A DNA stretch of 57,927 bases, filler included, from Sphacelaria rigidula (Eukaryota): NCBI GenBank assembly GCA_964200075.2. It is 5 parts of 5 records of this genome, joined end to end, with 100 filler letters (N's around TTAATTAATTAA, not from the genome) between each part and the next. Parts side by side here need not be neighbours in the genome. Positions count along the whole stretch, not along the records: positions 34,818 to 46,322 come from CAXNAA020004853.1; positions 46,423 to 57,927 come from CAXNAA020004854.1; 3 more parts are not named here. One strand, written 5' to 3'. The notes beneath the pieces were generated by a model, which was not told the origin of the DNA, ran no database searches, and saw nothing but the letters and a program-made list of their open reading frames with translations. The stretch's first letter is position 1, and the number at the start of each line of letters is the position of its first letter. The translations under genes and the position numbers were made by a program. Of this stretch, positions 35,870-48,149 are shown piece by piece.

Positions 35870-38863
35870 CTGGATACTCACACAAGGACGCTCCTGGAGA
35901 GCTTCGGAGCATTGCTGAGGTATGCTAAGGTCACCACGCCGCAAAGTACAACCCAGGAAAACTTTCAGGTGAAGGAATGCTCGTGGAGAATGGGGGGGGG
36001 GGGACACTTGAGTGCGGTACAGCGGGAGCCGAATCGGGCCGCACCTTAGTGAGACCCTAAAGGACATAAGGTTAAGTTCAGCTACTGTTGGAGAGGTGTC
36101 GTCGGTGGTGTGCATAGTGATTTCGGTTGCACTTGAGTCGGGTCCCGCTTGAACGGGTCTTGCAGTAGTACTACTGTGGAATCCCGTCTGTGCTGGATAC
36201 TTTTGATGGTGACCGAGAGCATTTGTCACGGTTGGTGTACGCGTTGAGCAAGGGCCGACCGTGTGTGGCTCGTGCCAACAACCTTTATTGCTGTCCTGAA
36301 AGGCAATATTCGCGCTTTGCGATGTTTTGCCTCATGTTCGTTGCTCCTCCGTACGTGCAGTAAGATTGGTCCATCGGTAGATGGAGTATGGCGAGGGTAG
36401 CGTGTGCGGGTGCTGACGACTGTGCCGGGTCCGGTAGAAATCAACCACGTCATCATTCCTCTGCAATGCAAGAGGCCACCATTCGCTTTGCCGAAGCGTG
36501 GGTACTCTGCGATCCGGAGAGCTCGAAAATGGTTTGTCTAACCATCAAACACTTGAACGGGTACGCGTAGCGCAATCATACACCAGTAAAATGGTACATG
36601 ATGGTACCATATCCGAGCTCTAGTGGTCCGTCCTGTGCAACGTTTTTGCTGTTTGTATGTTCTGCCGGAGTTTTTTTTTCCGGTGTAACAGTGTTGATCC
36701 TCGACAGCCCACTGTCAGCTCACTCAGCTCAACTTCAGCTCAACTTCAGATCACCTAGGGATCGGAACAGATCAGATCACTTGATCTTTGTATGGTATCC
36801 CAAGTGACTTGATCACAGTTCATCACTCTGAGACCGATATAATAGCGCGAACGAGCCAATCGGACACACCACAGATCTCGGAACAATTGGCTGCAGATCA
36901 CTCAGATCAACCGTTCCGTTGCTGACGTCCGTATACCTCGCCGTCATCAGGTCTTTCTCCATCCTGTGCTGTGAAACGCTGAGGACACATTAAGTCCCAC
37001 TATCTATTTATTTTGACGTCATTTTGAAGGCCCGCCTTCGGGCCAGGTATTTGGAGAATGGCTTTTTTTTTTTCCTTGATGGAAGGAGGAAACCCAACCC
37101 AACACTCACCCCGCTGGCGCTGCACGATACGAATCTTAATGTTATCCATGTCACCACGGTACTCGGTTTGCCGTACCCTCGAAATGCGGGACGGGACGGG
37201 ACGGTACCGCGCTATCTTGGTAATATTGGCAGCACGATATGTGGTGTTCCGAAACCATTACGCGCTACCAGAAAACAATTCGGCGCTTGGGCGATACAAA
37301 ATTATTTTCGATGTTTTGCCGCGGTCATCGGGCACCTACCTCGGCATCCCACCGCGGTGATCCCAGCTCTCGCCATGCTATACTGTGCTGAAAATTCGAC
37401 TGCAAGTGGAAAAATGCGTGGTGTTATTACAGTCCCTGAGAGGGCTGGGCGGATGTTGACACCATTGGATGCCTTACTACACTTGTTGAGATGATTTCTA
37501 GAGACCTTCGCGTTTCCGGTGTCCGCAGTTTCTCTTTTGGCCAATACTGGCATTGTGCGGAATACTTCGAGGAGGGAGAAATCCCCGCAATATTCTCCAC
37601 AGAGAAGTGAAAACTATTTCACCGCAGGATCATTTTCAAATTATGCATCGATTTCATACTTTTTTTCCGGGTTGGAGTTTTGGCCAGTGATTATTTGCGA
37701 AAATCCCAAAGGCCTGCACGTCGGAAACATGGGCAAGAGTTTTCTCAGTGAGGTTAAGCATAGTGGTGCAAGATACCTGGTGACGGTAATTCCTGTTCTG
37801 GAGACAATGACGATGTCAAGCATTTCAATATATCCGAAGCTCCAGGCAAGAAAAGTAAGGGAGATATATGCCTGGACTGGTCCGTGGAATGTTCCAACAG
37901 TACGTACCCCCACAATTGTATATATATATATATTTTTTTTTCGCGAAGGCTTTGGCGGTTGAAAGCCGCCCGAAGAGTATACCACGAGATTCGAGTCGAG
38001 AGACCGTGGGTGAACATCGAAGTCGTCCATAATAGAGAGTTTCGGAAGACGCTTTTTGTTGTTTTTTAGTGCAAATATCCCAGGATCGGATTGTAGCGAA
38101 AAATATTTATTTCCCCCTCAGCCAAATGTGGTATCTATCCCCTTGGCGTTTTTTCGATGAGATTTTTATTCTGTTCTGATCTTTGATTCTGAGATATTTG
38201 CACTCAGAAATAAACAAAAAAAACGTTTCTCGAAACTCTCTAATGGTTCATTTTAGGTTTGGAAAATCGCTGTTTCTTGGCTGAATGCCGTTTGTGGGCT
38301 GAAACCTCAGTGTTGTCATCCTTTGCCCAGCTATATCGAGAATTTGCGAGGATAAACGCGATCTAACGTCGCCATTCCAAATTTCTCTCCGCCTGCGAAT
38401 GCACCAGCAAGATAATCGATCACGTACACGTGATCTGATGGGTACGCATCATGCCCCTTACTGTTTGTGCACAGATCAACATTGCTACCGCAAGTCTGGC
38501 CACAGCCGGCGAAGGGCTGTTACGGCAGATCCGGGAGGTCAAGCTGGCCGTCATGCTCCAGGTCAGTTGCCTCTGTAAACCGTCATATGCTCCAGGTCAG
38601 TTGCCTCTGTAAATCGTCATATGCTCCAGGTCAGTTACCTCTGTAACCGTCGTGCTCCAGGTCGGTTGCCTCTGTAAACCTCGCAAAGTTTGTTCGTGTT
38701 CATTTTATCTAGTAGTAATACAGCGTGACCATCTCGTGTTTTCCGGGTGGAATTGAAGTAGCGGCTTCACGTACATTCGCGACCCGGTCTGAGCTCGTGA
38801 ACGTTTGTGCCTGCAAAGTGGGATAACCACGAATGTTTTTGCTTGCACCTTCTGAAACGCATG

Positions 38864-38919
<56 letters not shown>

Positions 38920-41439
38920 CTTTTTTCTAGTTTGAAACACAGAAATTGATCGCACTTATCAGATCAGAGCGTTCGAGTTCATTCAAAGATTGCTAGAGCT
39001 CGGAAAAGGTTTGCCCACCCATTAACTAGTTGAATGGTTACGCGTAGCGCAGTCACTAACCAGTTAAATGGTACATGATGGTTTGGTCATCGAGCAGCGC
39101 AGCCGCGAGCCAAAAGGCCTCCCCCGGCAGAGGGGCCCCCGCCGGCCGGAGGCGCCATGCCGGAGGCACGTTTATACGCGATTTGGCTTCACTAGACCTA
39201 AAAAATATGTCAAATTTGGGCCACTTTTCATGGGCTGTATGTAGCATACGTAGCCGGTAACGGTAAATAATGATTTGAAATCATTATCCCAAAAAGTCAT
39301 ATAACCATTACGATTATTACCATTATAATGATAACGGCCAGTTATAACTGATACCATTTCCGAGCTCCAAAGATTGCTGTATTGGTCTAGTTCGGGAAAA
39401 ATATCGCATATTTTTTTCTGTTCGGGTCGAGTACACGGGTACGACTCGCCGCGCACCCCGACGGTCCAAAAAGTGCATAATTCAACCGGCCAGGCCGTAG
39501 CACTGCTGTTTCTGGGTCATAAGCAGTGTTACGATAGGGGTTGTACTTCTTGTTCCTGGCTCTATTTTTTGTAGGGGCTCAAATGTATGGGGCTTAGGCC
39601 GGATGTAATGGCACACAGATTTTTGGCCCACGGATTGTTCACTATTGAAACGTTTGAGCTACTTTTTGACCCCCAAACAAAGAAAAAAATCGCCAATACA
39701 GGTCTCGGACACTTTGCATCACTGCACAAAGAGGAGCTCAGCCCACTTTTCAGATTCGCTTCGCTCCAAGGTTTCGAGAGCGGCCGCTGAACAATAATCC
39801 GTGTGCACTAAAATCTACGGCGATCTCCACATATTATTGGGCAAACTGGCGGGGGTCGACAAGCACAGATTTTTGCAGACGAATTATTGTTCGGCGGCCA
39901 ATCTCGAAACCTCGGAGCCAAGCGAATCTGAAAAGCAGAGTAGGCCCCTCTCCGTGGGGTAATGCAAAGCGTCCGAGACGTGTGTTGGCGGTTTTCCCTG
40001 TTTGGGGGTCAAAAGGTGGGTCAAAGGTCCCCAAAGTGAACAATCCGTGGGCCGAAAATCTGTTTGCCACAACATCCGGCCTTACTGTGCAATCCCAATC
40101 TCCGGGAACCGGACTCCCAGAAACATTAAAGTTTGCACGCAGGGGCCTTGTCGTGAATCGGCATCATTTCCAGTCTTTTTCAAGTAAAAATGATGCCGAT
40201 TCTTAAAGTGACCCGTCCGACACCCCGAGAAACATTTTGGCTAAAAAAAGTGCAACCCCTACCGTAGCATCACTCTCCAAGTCGATCCCTTTTTTTCTTC
40301 TTCTGAGGAGTATGTGATTTCCGTCAGCGATAGCGCGAGAGTGTGGGTAGGCAAAGGAGTTTATTTGACGGAAGTAGACGCGGTGCGGGAGTCATGATCC
40401 AGTCCGTGATATCATAATGTTGGGCATGTAATGGGGGAAAGATGGACTGACTTCGAGACTGCGGATTCGTCCCCGGAGAGGACAAGCGTAAAAAAAGAGT
40501 ACATCGTGGATTCTTCCAGACTGCGGGTACGACCCCAGAAAGGGGGAAGATCGAGAGTGTGACAAAAGAAAGGGGGAAGGATGCACTGGGCTACCTGCTT
40601 CGGCCGTGTCACTTGTATCAACGAGTCAGCATAACCTGCGAAGAACAAGCAGGTTGGGAGATGAGAGCATTCCATGGATGAGATCCAGGACGAGAAAGAC
40701 TGGGAGAAAAAAGGCAAACACATGTATGTGAATATCTACATCAATCCCCAGGCTCAGTCCTTACTGAGATCTAAAACTATGCATATATTACGGGCAGCAG
40801 CTGGGAATTCCCGCGCTTGGGTTCGTTCTCGCCAATGTCGCCCATATAAGGCGCGCTTCATGCAGCCTGAGCCCAAACATCAGGCGCTGTATGACCATTT
40901 TTTTCGTGACACTTTTGGGCTGGTTTTTGGCGCGGGGGGGGGGTACTCATTTGTCGCTTGCCTTAGTCGTTTGACCATTGACCACGCATCCTTTTTGAAA
41001 CGGAGCAGGTTTTGGGGGAGGGGGCTATCGTAGAAAGTCTCTGTTTTCAGTTTCGTTTTCTTGGGTCCGTCCGTCATCTGACCACGCCTGGATCCCTGGG
41101 GGGTCAGTTGAAGTGCGACAATCATTTAATCAAATCAATCAATCAACACAGGATAAGGAGGCGATGGATTGCGAGGTGGAGCAATCCCTGGCGAACATAG
41201 CCCAAGAACGGGAGCAACTGGAAAAGGAACTGGAAGCCCTGTCCAACGAACTAAAAGCGGCCTACGCAAGAGCGGTCACGGGAGAGGGGGCGGACGGAGG
41301 CGTGACAGCAGGCACGGAGGACGATACTGGTGTCGCTACAGGCGGAGAAACCGGAGGGAATTCCAGCAGTGACGCGGGGGTTGCAGAAACAGAAAGCAGA
41401 AGTGGTGCTGGGGGCGGTGGTGGACCAACGGAGGAATGA
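35870..41439 (+). CDS. MED22: Mediator subunit 22; exons 35870-35968, 38475-38561, 41152-41439 (first exon not located)
   Basis: Spliced product LDTHTRTLLESFGALLRYAKVTTPQSTTQENFQ|INIATASLATAGEGLLRQIREVKLAVMLQ|DKEAMDCEVEQ... follows the Med22/Srb6 pattern (F..ii..AK, QE, AGExLLxxIxExK, LxD). Confidence 0.85.
38549..38680 (+). repeat. Four ~33-bp tandem units each containing the MED22 splice donor
   Basis: cgtc(at)atgctccagGTcagttgcctctgtaaac x4. Confidence 0.9.
39597..40081. mobile_element. PIF/Harbinger (Tourist-like) foldback MITE
   Basis: ggccggatg / catccggcc termini, arms ~220 bp, 3-bp TSD TTA. Confidence 0.85.
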
Positions 41440-42328
41440 AGAATGGCGGCAGAAGGGGTCAAGGCGGAGTTGCGATGGATGACGCATCTCAGTAGACCTA
41501 AATAAAGCTTTGGTCGTATATCTATGGTTGACAACATCATGACTTACTTGATTTTAGACTTGAGAAAGTTCTGAGAAAGTTCATGGTTTTGGGCAGGTGA
41601 GCATTGGGCCCAGCGCGTCCAGAACGTGTTGTTATTTGTCAAAATCGGCGCCTGCGGCGTCGATTTCAGGTCTGCCAACGCACATTTTGTCTATCATAGG
41701 GGAACCTATGCACCCCCTAGCCCGAGGATCTCGTACGCCTTGGGTCGGCGTTAGGGTTAGGGTATTAGCGGTGTTGTTAGTTCCAAAAATCAACCATTGA
41801 TATACGACCAAACCCTTGGGTCGCCTCCATCTCTGACTCCAGTCGGTGCTTGTTGTACAACTAGGCTCGGGGATACTGTACGCATTTGGCCGGGTTCCAC
41901 TACGGGGTGGCGGGGATGGCGGGATTGTCGATAGAAATATTTATTGTTTCGGCGCTACTTGGAGTAGTGACAGTAAGTGAGGTGGGTGAGGGAGTCCGAG
42001 AGTTCATGTAACCAATTAAATTATGGGTTGAAGCTAGGTCCTCAGATGTGGACAGGTATTTATTTAGTCGAGAACCCGGGAACGGTCAAGACAACGCGAA
42101 CGACCAATATTCAATTTGTCGTCGGTGAACTAACTCAACGTCTGCCTTCTCTTATCTCCCAAGCATGTCGAACATCGGCTTCGGCGTCTCCTTGGATTGT
42201 AAGTAGCGTACAGACGTATTGTTTCCGATGAATTCGTCTCGCTGGGGAAGGAATTGACATCAGGCGCCAGGGCATCACGCGCCGGGCCAGTTGTCCTTTT
42301 GGACAACTGCTTTCTGCTTCTGACCGTG

Positions 42329-45133
42329 TTATCCCGACACTCCAGGAAGCGGCGATTGCGGAGACAATACTGTCCCTTCTGGCGACGGCTCCACCAGCCA
42401 CTGCATGACTGACGAATCTAGCCTGCTCGGGGGACATGTCATGACGATAGCCAATATAACGCAGGGACAGCGGACAAAAAAATCACCAGGCGAACATTCC
42501 GTTGGGGAGGGAGATGGTTGGAGATGAAGGAGCCCGAACACGAAATTTCGAAGTTGCTGTGAGTGACGATAATCGCGAAGATCCATCCATCATTTTCGAT
42601 ATCCGGGAAGCGGGCATGGATAACGAAAATCTGCACTAATGATTGAGAAAATCTGCACTAATGATATTTTTTTGTAACTACCAGGAAACATCATTTGTTA
42701 CCGTGCTGCGAGACAATGTTATACAGGAGGTGAAAGTGTACGGTGGAATACAGTCTTTGTTTTCCCGACAACAAGATATGCATATATCTCTATATAGGCA
42801 TATTCCGCAGTGATTTTGCGAACGCATGTGTACAACAATAAGATCTACGACACAAGTATACGAGTAGAAGTCATACTCCACTGCTGGTTATGTGCATGGA
42901 ATACTTGGATTCATCCACACAACGCTACCGTACACCACGAGCTATTGCGTGTCTTGACCGCCGACGAATATCACATTTTGACTACGAGGGCATGGCTTGT
43001 AAACTCAGATATCGACATTCGCCAGAAGAAATGGATAGCCAATCAATATACCGTCAGCACGCAGTCGTTGAGGTTGTACGCTTTGTTCGGAGACGATGCA
43101 GTATTTCGAAGCGAATCACAAGAACTCCTTGCTATTCATTAGTATCGAGTGATTGATAAGTGGATTGCTCGTCTGACCCATCCATAATAGTCGGCAATGA
43201 ATCCAGCTTTGGTCAAAATATAGACTGACCCAAGGTCAATCAATGTATACACACGCCAGAGTAAGACCTTCACGCGTGACCACTGGGGTGCCTGCAACCT
43301 CAAATAACACCATATTCGTGAGATTCAGAGTGTAACATCGGATTCAGAGTGAGACCCGAAACAATGAACTTTCCCGTCGATTTTGACATCGCCACAGTTC
43401 GAGGAGTAATGCACCCGGCTGGTGAGGCGGTGGCTTCAATGAAAGCTGTCACCAACACGATCAATATGACACATCACTTGATCGCAACGACGTAGTCAGT
43501 CCATTACCACAAAAGATCCCCTCTTTCAGGAAAAACCGATTAGTGCCTGAAACAGTTTCAGTTCCGAAATGTCCCCCCCAGGCGTAAAAATGCTTTGTGC
43601 GGTATGTCACCAACCAGACCGCCGAATTCCTCGAATGGGGTACTGTACGGTAGCTGCATGCACAGGACGCGTGCTCAAGCAAAGCAAAGAAAAAAAGTTG
43701 CCTGTTAGGTACGCTAGAGCATCCACTCTGGATCCGATATCACTCTCTGATTCTCACGAATATGTTCTTAAATTTGGACGTGACAGACGTTGCACAAGGT
43801 CTGTAACGTCCAAATTTGAGGTTACAGGCACCCCAGTGGCCACCCGTGTTGAGAAAAGAGGAAACACAGACAGGAAGTATACCTCGACATCCTAAAGCCC
43901 CAACCTCTGTACGGCCACGAGCTAAGTGGGTTCCTACCACGACTCCGCGTTGGGGGTAGTGCGAGAAGGACACCGGTGGGGACATGGTGCAACTCAGAAC
44001 TCAGCCGTCTGAAAATCGCATCACTAGGCAGGAACTCTTGGCCAAGAGCGAAAAAGATATAATAATGATTTATGATAGAGGCAAAAAACCCGAAATACCT
44101 GAGAACAAGATGAAAAAGAGCGATGAAAAAGTAGACGGAAATAACGCACCACAATGGTAGAGCTACAAGCCAGAGATTCTTGATGGACGAGTAGATTTCC
44201 TTTCAAAGGGAAGCAAAATATTTCGGATCATTGAAACACATGGACTAGAAATATACGGTGTGAACACACGAATCCATCTCCAATGCGGTTATGGGAAGGC
44301 CTGGTTGTCACCATGAGGGGAATTTCTCATGGCTTTCCACCCATTTCCCCATCCTTCACCCGGAGAATGGAAAACGGCAGTTTCCTCCTTCCGCACCCGG
44401 TTCCGGACCCATGCCCTGCGTCCCATATCCCTCTACACGCGATGTCATGCCAGCTTCGGAAGCGGTCAATATTATCATCATCACCCCGAAGAACAACAAA
44501 AGCTTTATTCGCATGGAGTACCGTCTTTATGTACAGTATGTATGTGTCTAGTATCGGAGGTGGGCGTGTCCCACATCGTATGAAACATACAGTAGCGCTG
44601 CTTCCCGAGGGGTATTGACGCCCCAAATTTGGAGATGGAAGCGGACATAGGCGTGGTGAAACACTTACAGTACTACGTTCAGTTTTCCAAACTACAGCAG
44701 TCAAGAATTAATTGCGAAAAATGAAACCTACGGAGGGGGAAAACGCGCAAAATTGGAGACAGTGATTCTGTTTGTCCGTCATTCAAAATGGGCCTGCCTG
44801 AGTTCTCGATTTCTCGATACAGTCCCGTTGTACCATGTGCCATTATTTAGTGCCGATTATCAACGCTTCGATCATGTTCTAGCCCCCTGTGCTACAATGC
44901 CCTCACCCGCCGACAGTGATCAGCCGTACAGGATCGACCCCGATGGTAAACCTAGCGCTCATGACGTGAGAGCTGTGCGCGGTGTACGTGCGTGCCTTCG
45001 CGCCCCCCCTCAGCACTGGATACCGCATTAGCCTCGTGGTCTTGGCGTCATCTGCCGCGGCCAGGAGTCCCAGCGGTTGACAAACGTCCACCGCGTTCAC
45101 CTCCGTATTGTCTGAGTAAGCAGGGAAGACCCC
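42329..45133 (-). CDS. EML (echinoderm microtubule-associated protein-like) WD40 protein, last two exons 44907-45133 and 42329-42422
   Basis: GVFPAYSDNTEVNAVD...AAADDAKTTRLMRYP...YTAHSSHVMSARF...LITVGG|LDSSVMQW is the characteristic EML C-terminal WD pattern; phase-2 intron joins correctly. Confidence 0.9.
43271..43848. mobile_element. Non-autonomous TIR element, CAC termini (CACTA/EnSpm-like)
   Basis: cacgcgtgaccactggggtgcctgcaacctcaaat / atttgaggttacaggcaccccagtggccacccgtg; 2-bp TT flanks. Confidence 0.7.
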
Positions 45134-45448
45134 CTGATCGTGGTTTTGTTGGCGCGCAATACGTTGCGACAATCGTGTTTCATCGGGACAGCATATCGAT
45201 CCTACATGGTGGACAAATGACTTGTAGACCTGTAGCCGGTTGACTCCGTGGAGTGCGGGGAAAGCTATGCATCACCCTACTGAGTTAGGAATATCCATGT
45301 GGAAAAAAAGGGAACCAATCATGTAAAAATTCCAGCTAACGCATGAACAGCGGTTATTTCCACCGGGTGATTTGCTTGCGGTTGTCTCCCTACACAAGGG
45401 ATCTTGTAGAACAGGCCACGTGTTGAAGGTACATGCACATGTCGCAAA

Positions 45449-45858
45449 CACGGGATTCTACAAACTGGGGGTGGATTTTTTTTTTGAGGATGAGAAACCC
45501 GGAAAATTAAAAACTTCGTATCCACACAAAATATTCGAACTATGGTTCCATTTCTGCACGTTCTGGTAGCTATCGACAATCGAAAGGTTGGGGTTCTACG
45601 TAAAAAAACAGTTTTGGGGAATTTCCACGATCTGATCGAATCACATAAATCCCCCGAAGTTGCTTTTTCACCTAGGACCCAAACATGTCAGTTATTATCG
45701 AGATCCAAATTTGCATGGCGTGTGGTAGTTAGCGATTGCTACGAGTAAGTGGAGGAGTGGAACTATATTTCGAAGATCCGGTGTGGATACGAAGATTTGA
45801 ATCCCCCGGGTTTCTCATCCTCAAAAGCAAATCCATCCCAAATTCGTAAAATCCCGTG
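45449..45858. mobile_element. MITE with ~80-bp TIRs, probable hAT
   Basis: cacgggatt...gaggatgagaaacccgg / ccgggtttctcatcctc...aatcccgtg; degenerate 8-bp TSD GTCGCAAA / CTCGCACA; partial copy at ~46170-46250. Confidence 0.75.
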
Positions 45859-46322
45859 CTCGCACAAGCATGTATGCTTTCGTATCGTGGCCATGAGCGT
45901 GCGGTTTGAGAGCCCTACATCGTGCGGGCTTTACTTGGGGTATGGATGTCCATCTGTGACGCCCATCTGGATTCCACAGAGTCTCTGGGATATTCGTCAA
46001 GAATCTTAGGTCCATCTGGAGTATTCGTTTCCAATATTCATCCGGGATATGGCTGTCTATCTGGGGTATCCATCTTGGATCTTCACATGGAATATCTTAG
46101 GATCCATTCGGAACATCCGCGTAGGATATCCATACTGTACAGGATGTGGATGTCCAGCTGAGCTTGTTTTTTACAAATTGGGGATGAGAACCCGGAAAAT
46201 GAAAAACTTCGTATCCGCACCAAATCTTCGAAATTTGGTTCAATTTCTTCACTTAACAGGGTTGCCAGAAAAATGAGAAGGTATTTTGAAATGAGAATCC
46301 ACCGCTCCCCGGGATTGTGTCC

Positions 46323-46422
46323 NNNNNNNNNNNNNNNNNNNNNNNNNNNNNNNNNNNNNNNNNNNNTTAATTAATTAANNNNNNNNNNNNNNNNNNNNNN
46401 NNNNNNNNNNNNNNNNNNNNNN
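46323..46422. other. Artificial contig linker
   Basis: Same 100-bp spacer. Confidence 0.99.
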
Positions 46423-48149
46423 CTTGATACATCATCTGTACATTGCCTGATGCGCACAACACCCGAATTATAGTACAGACAATTTGTACCTGGAAATAGG
46501 TTGGATGAAACTTCCGGTGTTCATCTAACCCTGCCGTTACATACATCCGTTGATTTTAGCAACATGAAGCCACTGTTTCATGCATATGCAGGACACGTCC
46601 TTCCTAACCAGCCTCGTTGGTCGTCCTGGAGGCCCAGTCCCAAAAGGGTTAACTGAAGAAACAGTAATGAAGAAACGGATATTGCACGTAATATGTACTT
46701 TCCGTTGCGCATACCTGTGAAACAATTCAAAAATTCGTGGAATACATGAAACAAAAAGTTGGCTAATAGAGAGAGGAGTGTGTTTTCCAGGAGCACCTGC
46801 ACGACAGTTTTCATATTATGCAGACTCGTGACATAGTGCAATTTGTGCATTTTCCTCCATATTTCCACGAGCCACAACTGACAATGCCAGATTCATGTCT
46901 GGAAAGCCACAACACGAAAGTTGTGACTGTAGCTCTACTTCTTTTTTGGACTCTCAGACCATTTGTCGAGGGCCGTGATGAACGGGGCTGTTTTCTTCAG
47001 ACGTTTCCGACTTTTTCGGACAAAGAAAACTTCCCTCTTAACACGTGACGGTAGATCTCTCAACCAGGTCAGGCAGTTTATCATTTTGCGACTGAGAACA
47101 TATTACTTGATATATCTAGCGTTAGATCATTCTTCAGCATTCTCGTTTATTGACAAAGTCGAAAAAATAGCCGAAAAAAAGTCGAAAAAGTCTGAAATTC
47201 AAGTCCCGTGAAAAACGACCCTGAAGGGAACGACAATGTTTTCTTGGCGTGCAGAGACGGCCATTTATTATCCCAGCGCACACCGATTAGCCCGACATAT
47301 ATGAACGATTCTTGGCACAGACGGGTTGTCTCCGTGGTCGGGAATATCCCTTGCCTACAAGGCACAGAAAGATCAGTTTTCGGACTTCTGCCGATTCTTG
47401 AAGCAGATCACTTCGAGGTAGCACGTCGCGGCGGGATCGATAGCGCTTCGAGTATTTTATTTGAGGAGCACAAAAAAAAAGCATGCACACCGGCGAGTGC
47501 AAAGTTTTACACTATGCTTCGCAACAAAGCTCGCAGTTCGCCTTCGTGTGGTGAGCCGAGTTCTCGGAGGCGTTACTGTTTCGTGCTGAAATAGTTCAAG
47601 TTTGAAAAGACAGAAGCGTGTACGCGAGAATCGGGGTAAAATATGATGAAATAATCCTTGTCCGAAACACAGAGATTGTGTTGTGATGTTTAGAGGTACT
47701 GCAAGCCATAATTCTAGTTTCTGGCTACAAGAGGATTGCATTCCGGTATGTTGAAGGGTAGATTCAAGGAACGGAAAGTCCTTCAGAGATGTACCAGACT
47801 AAGGAGGAAACACAAGCTGTTGGGTGTACTCTGAGCATGGAGAGGGAGTTATTTCAGGGATAACATCACAGGTCTGTTGTCAAGTACGATAGTAGGGATG
47901 AAGAGACACAAGGGTCGGAGCAGAAGGTGTTTTCTGCACGCCCCCCTAGCGTCTACTCTTCTTCACTTCCCGGCTTCGGTGTGATTTTCGGTCTGTATCG
48001 TGGCACAGGTTTTTGGTTAGGAGTAGTTATTCTAGTAAGGCGACACAACGTACAGTACACATAATCAAATAAAGGACTTTTGGTCGTCTATTTTTGTCTT
48101 CCGGGCACTTCCACGCTCATCTCCACCCTGAGCTTGCTCCGGACAAGAC

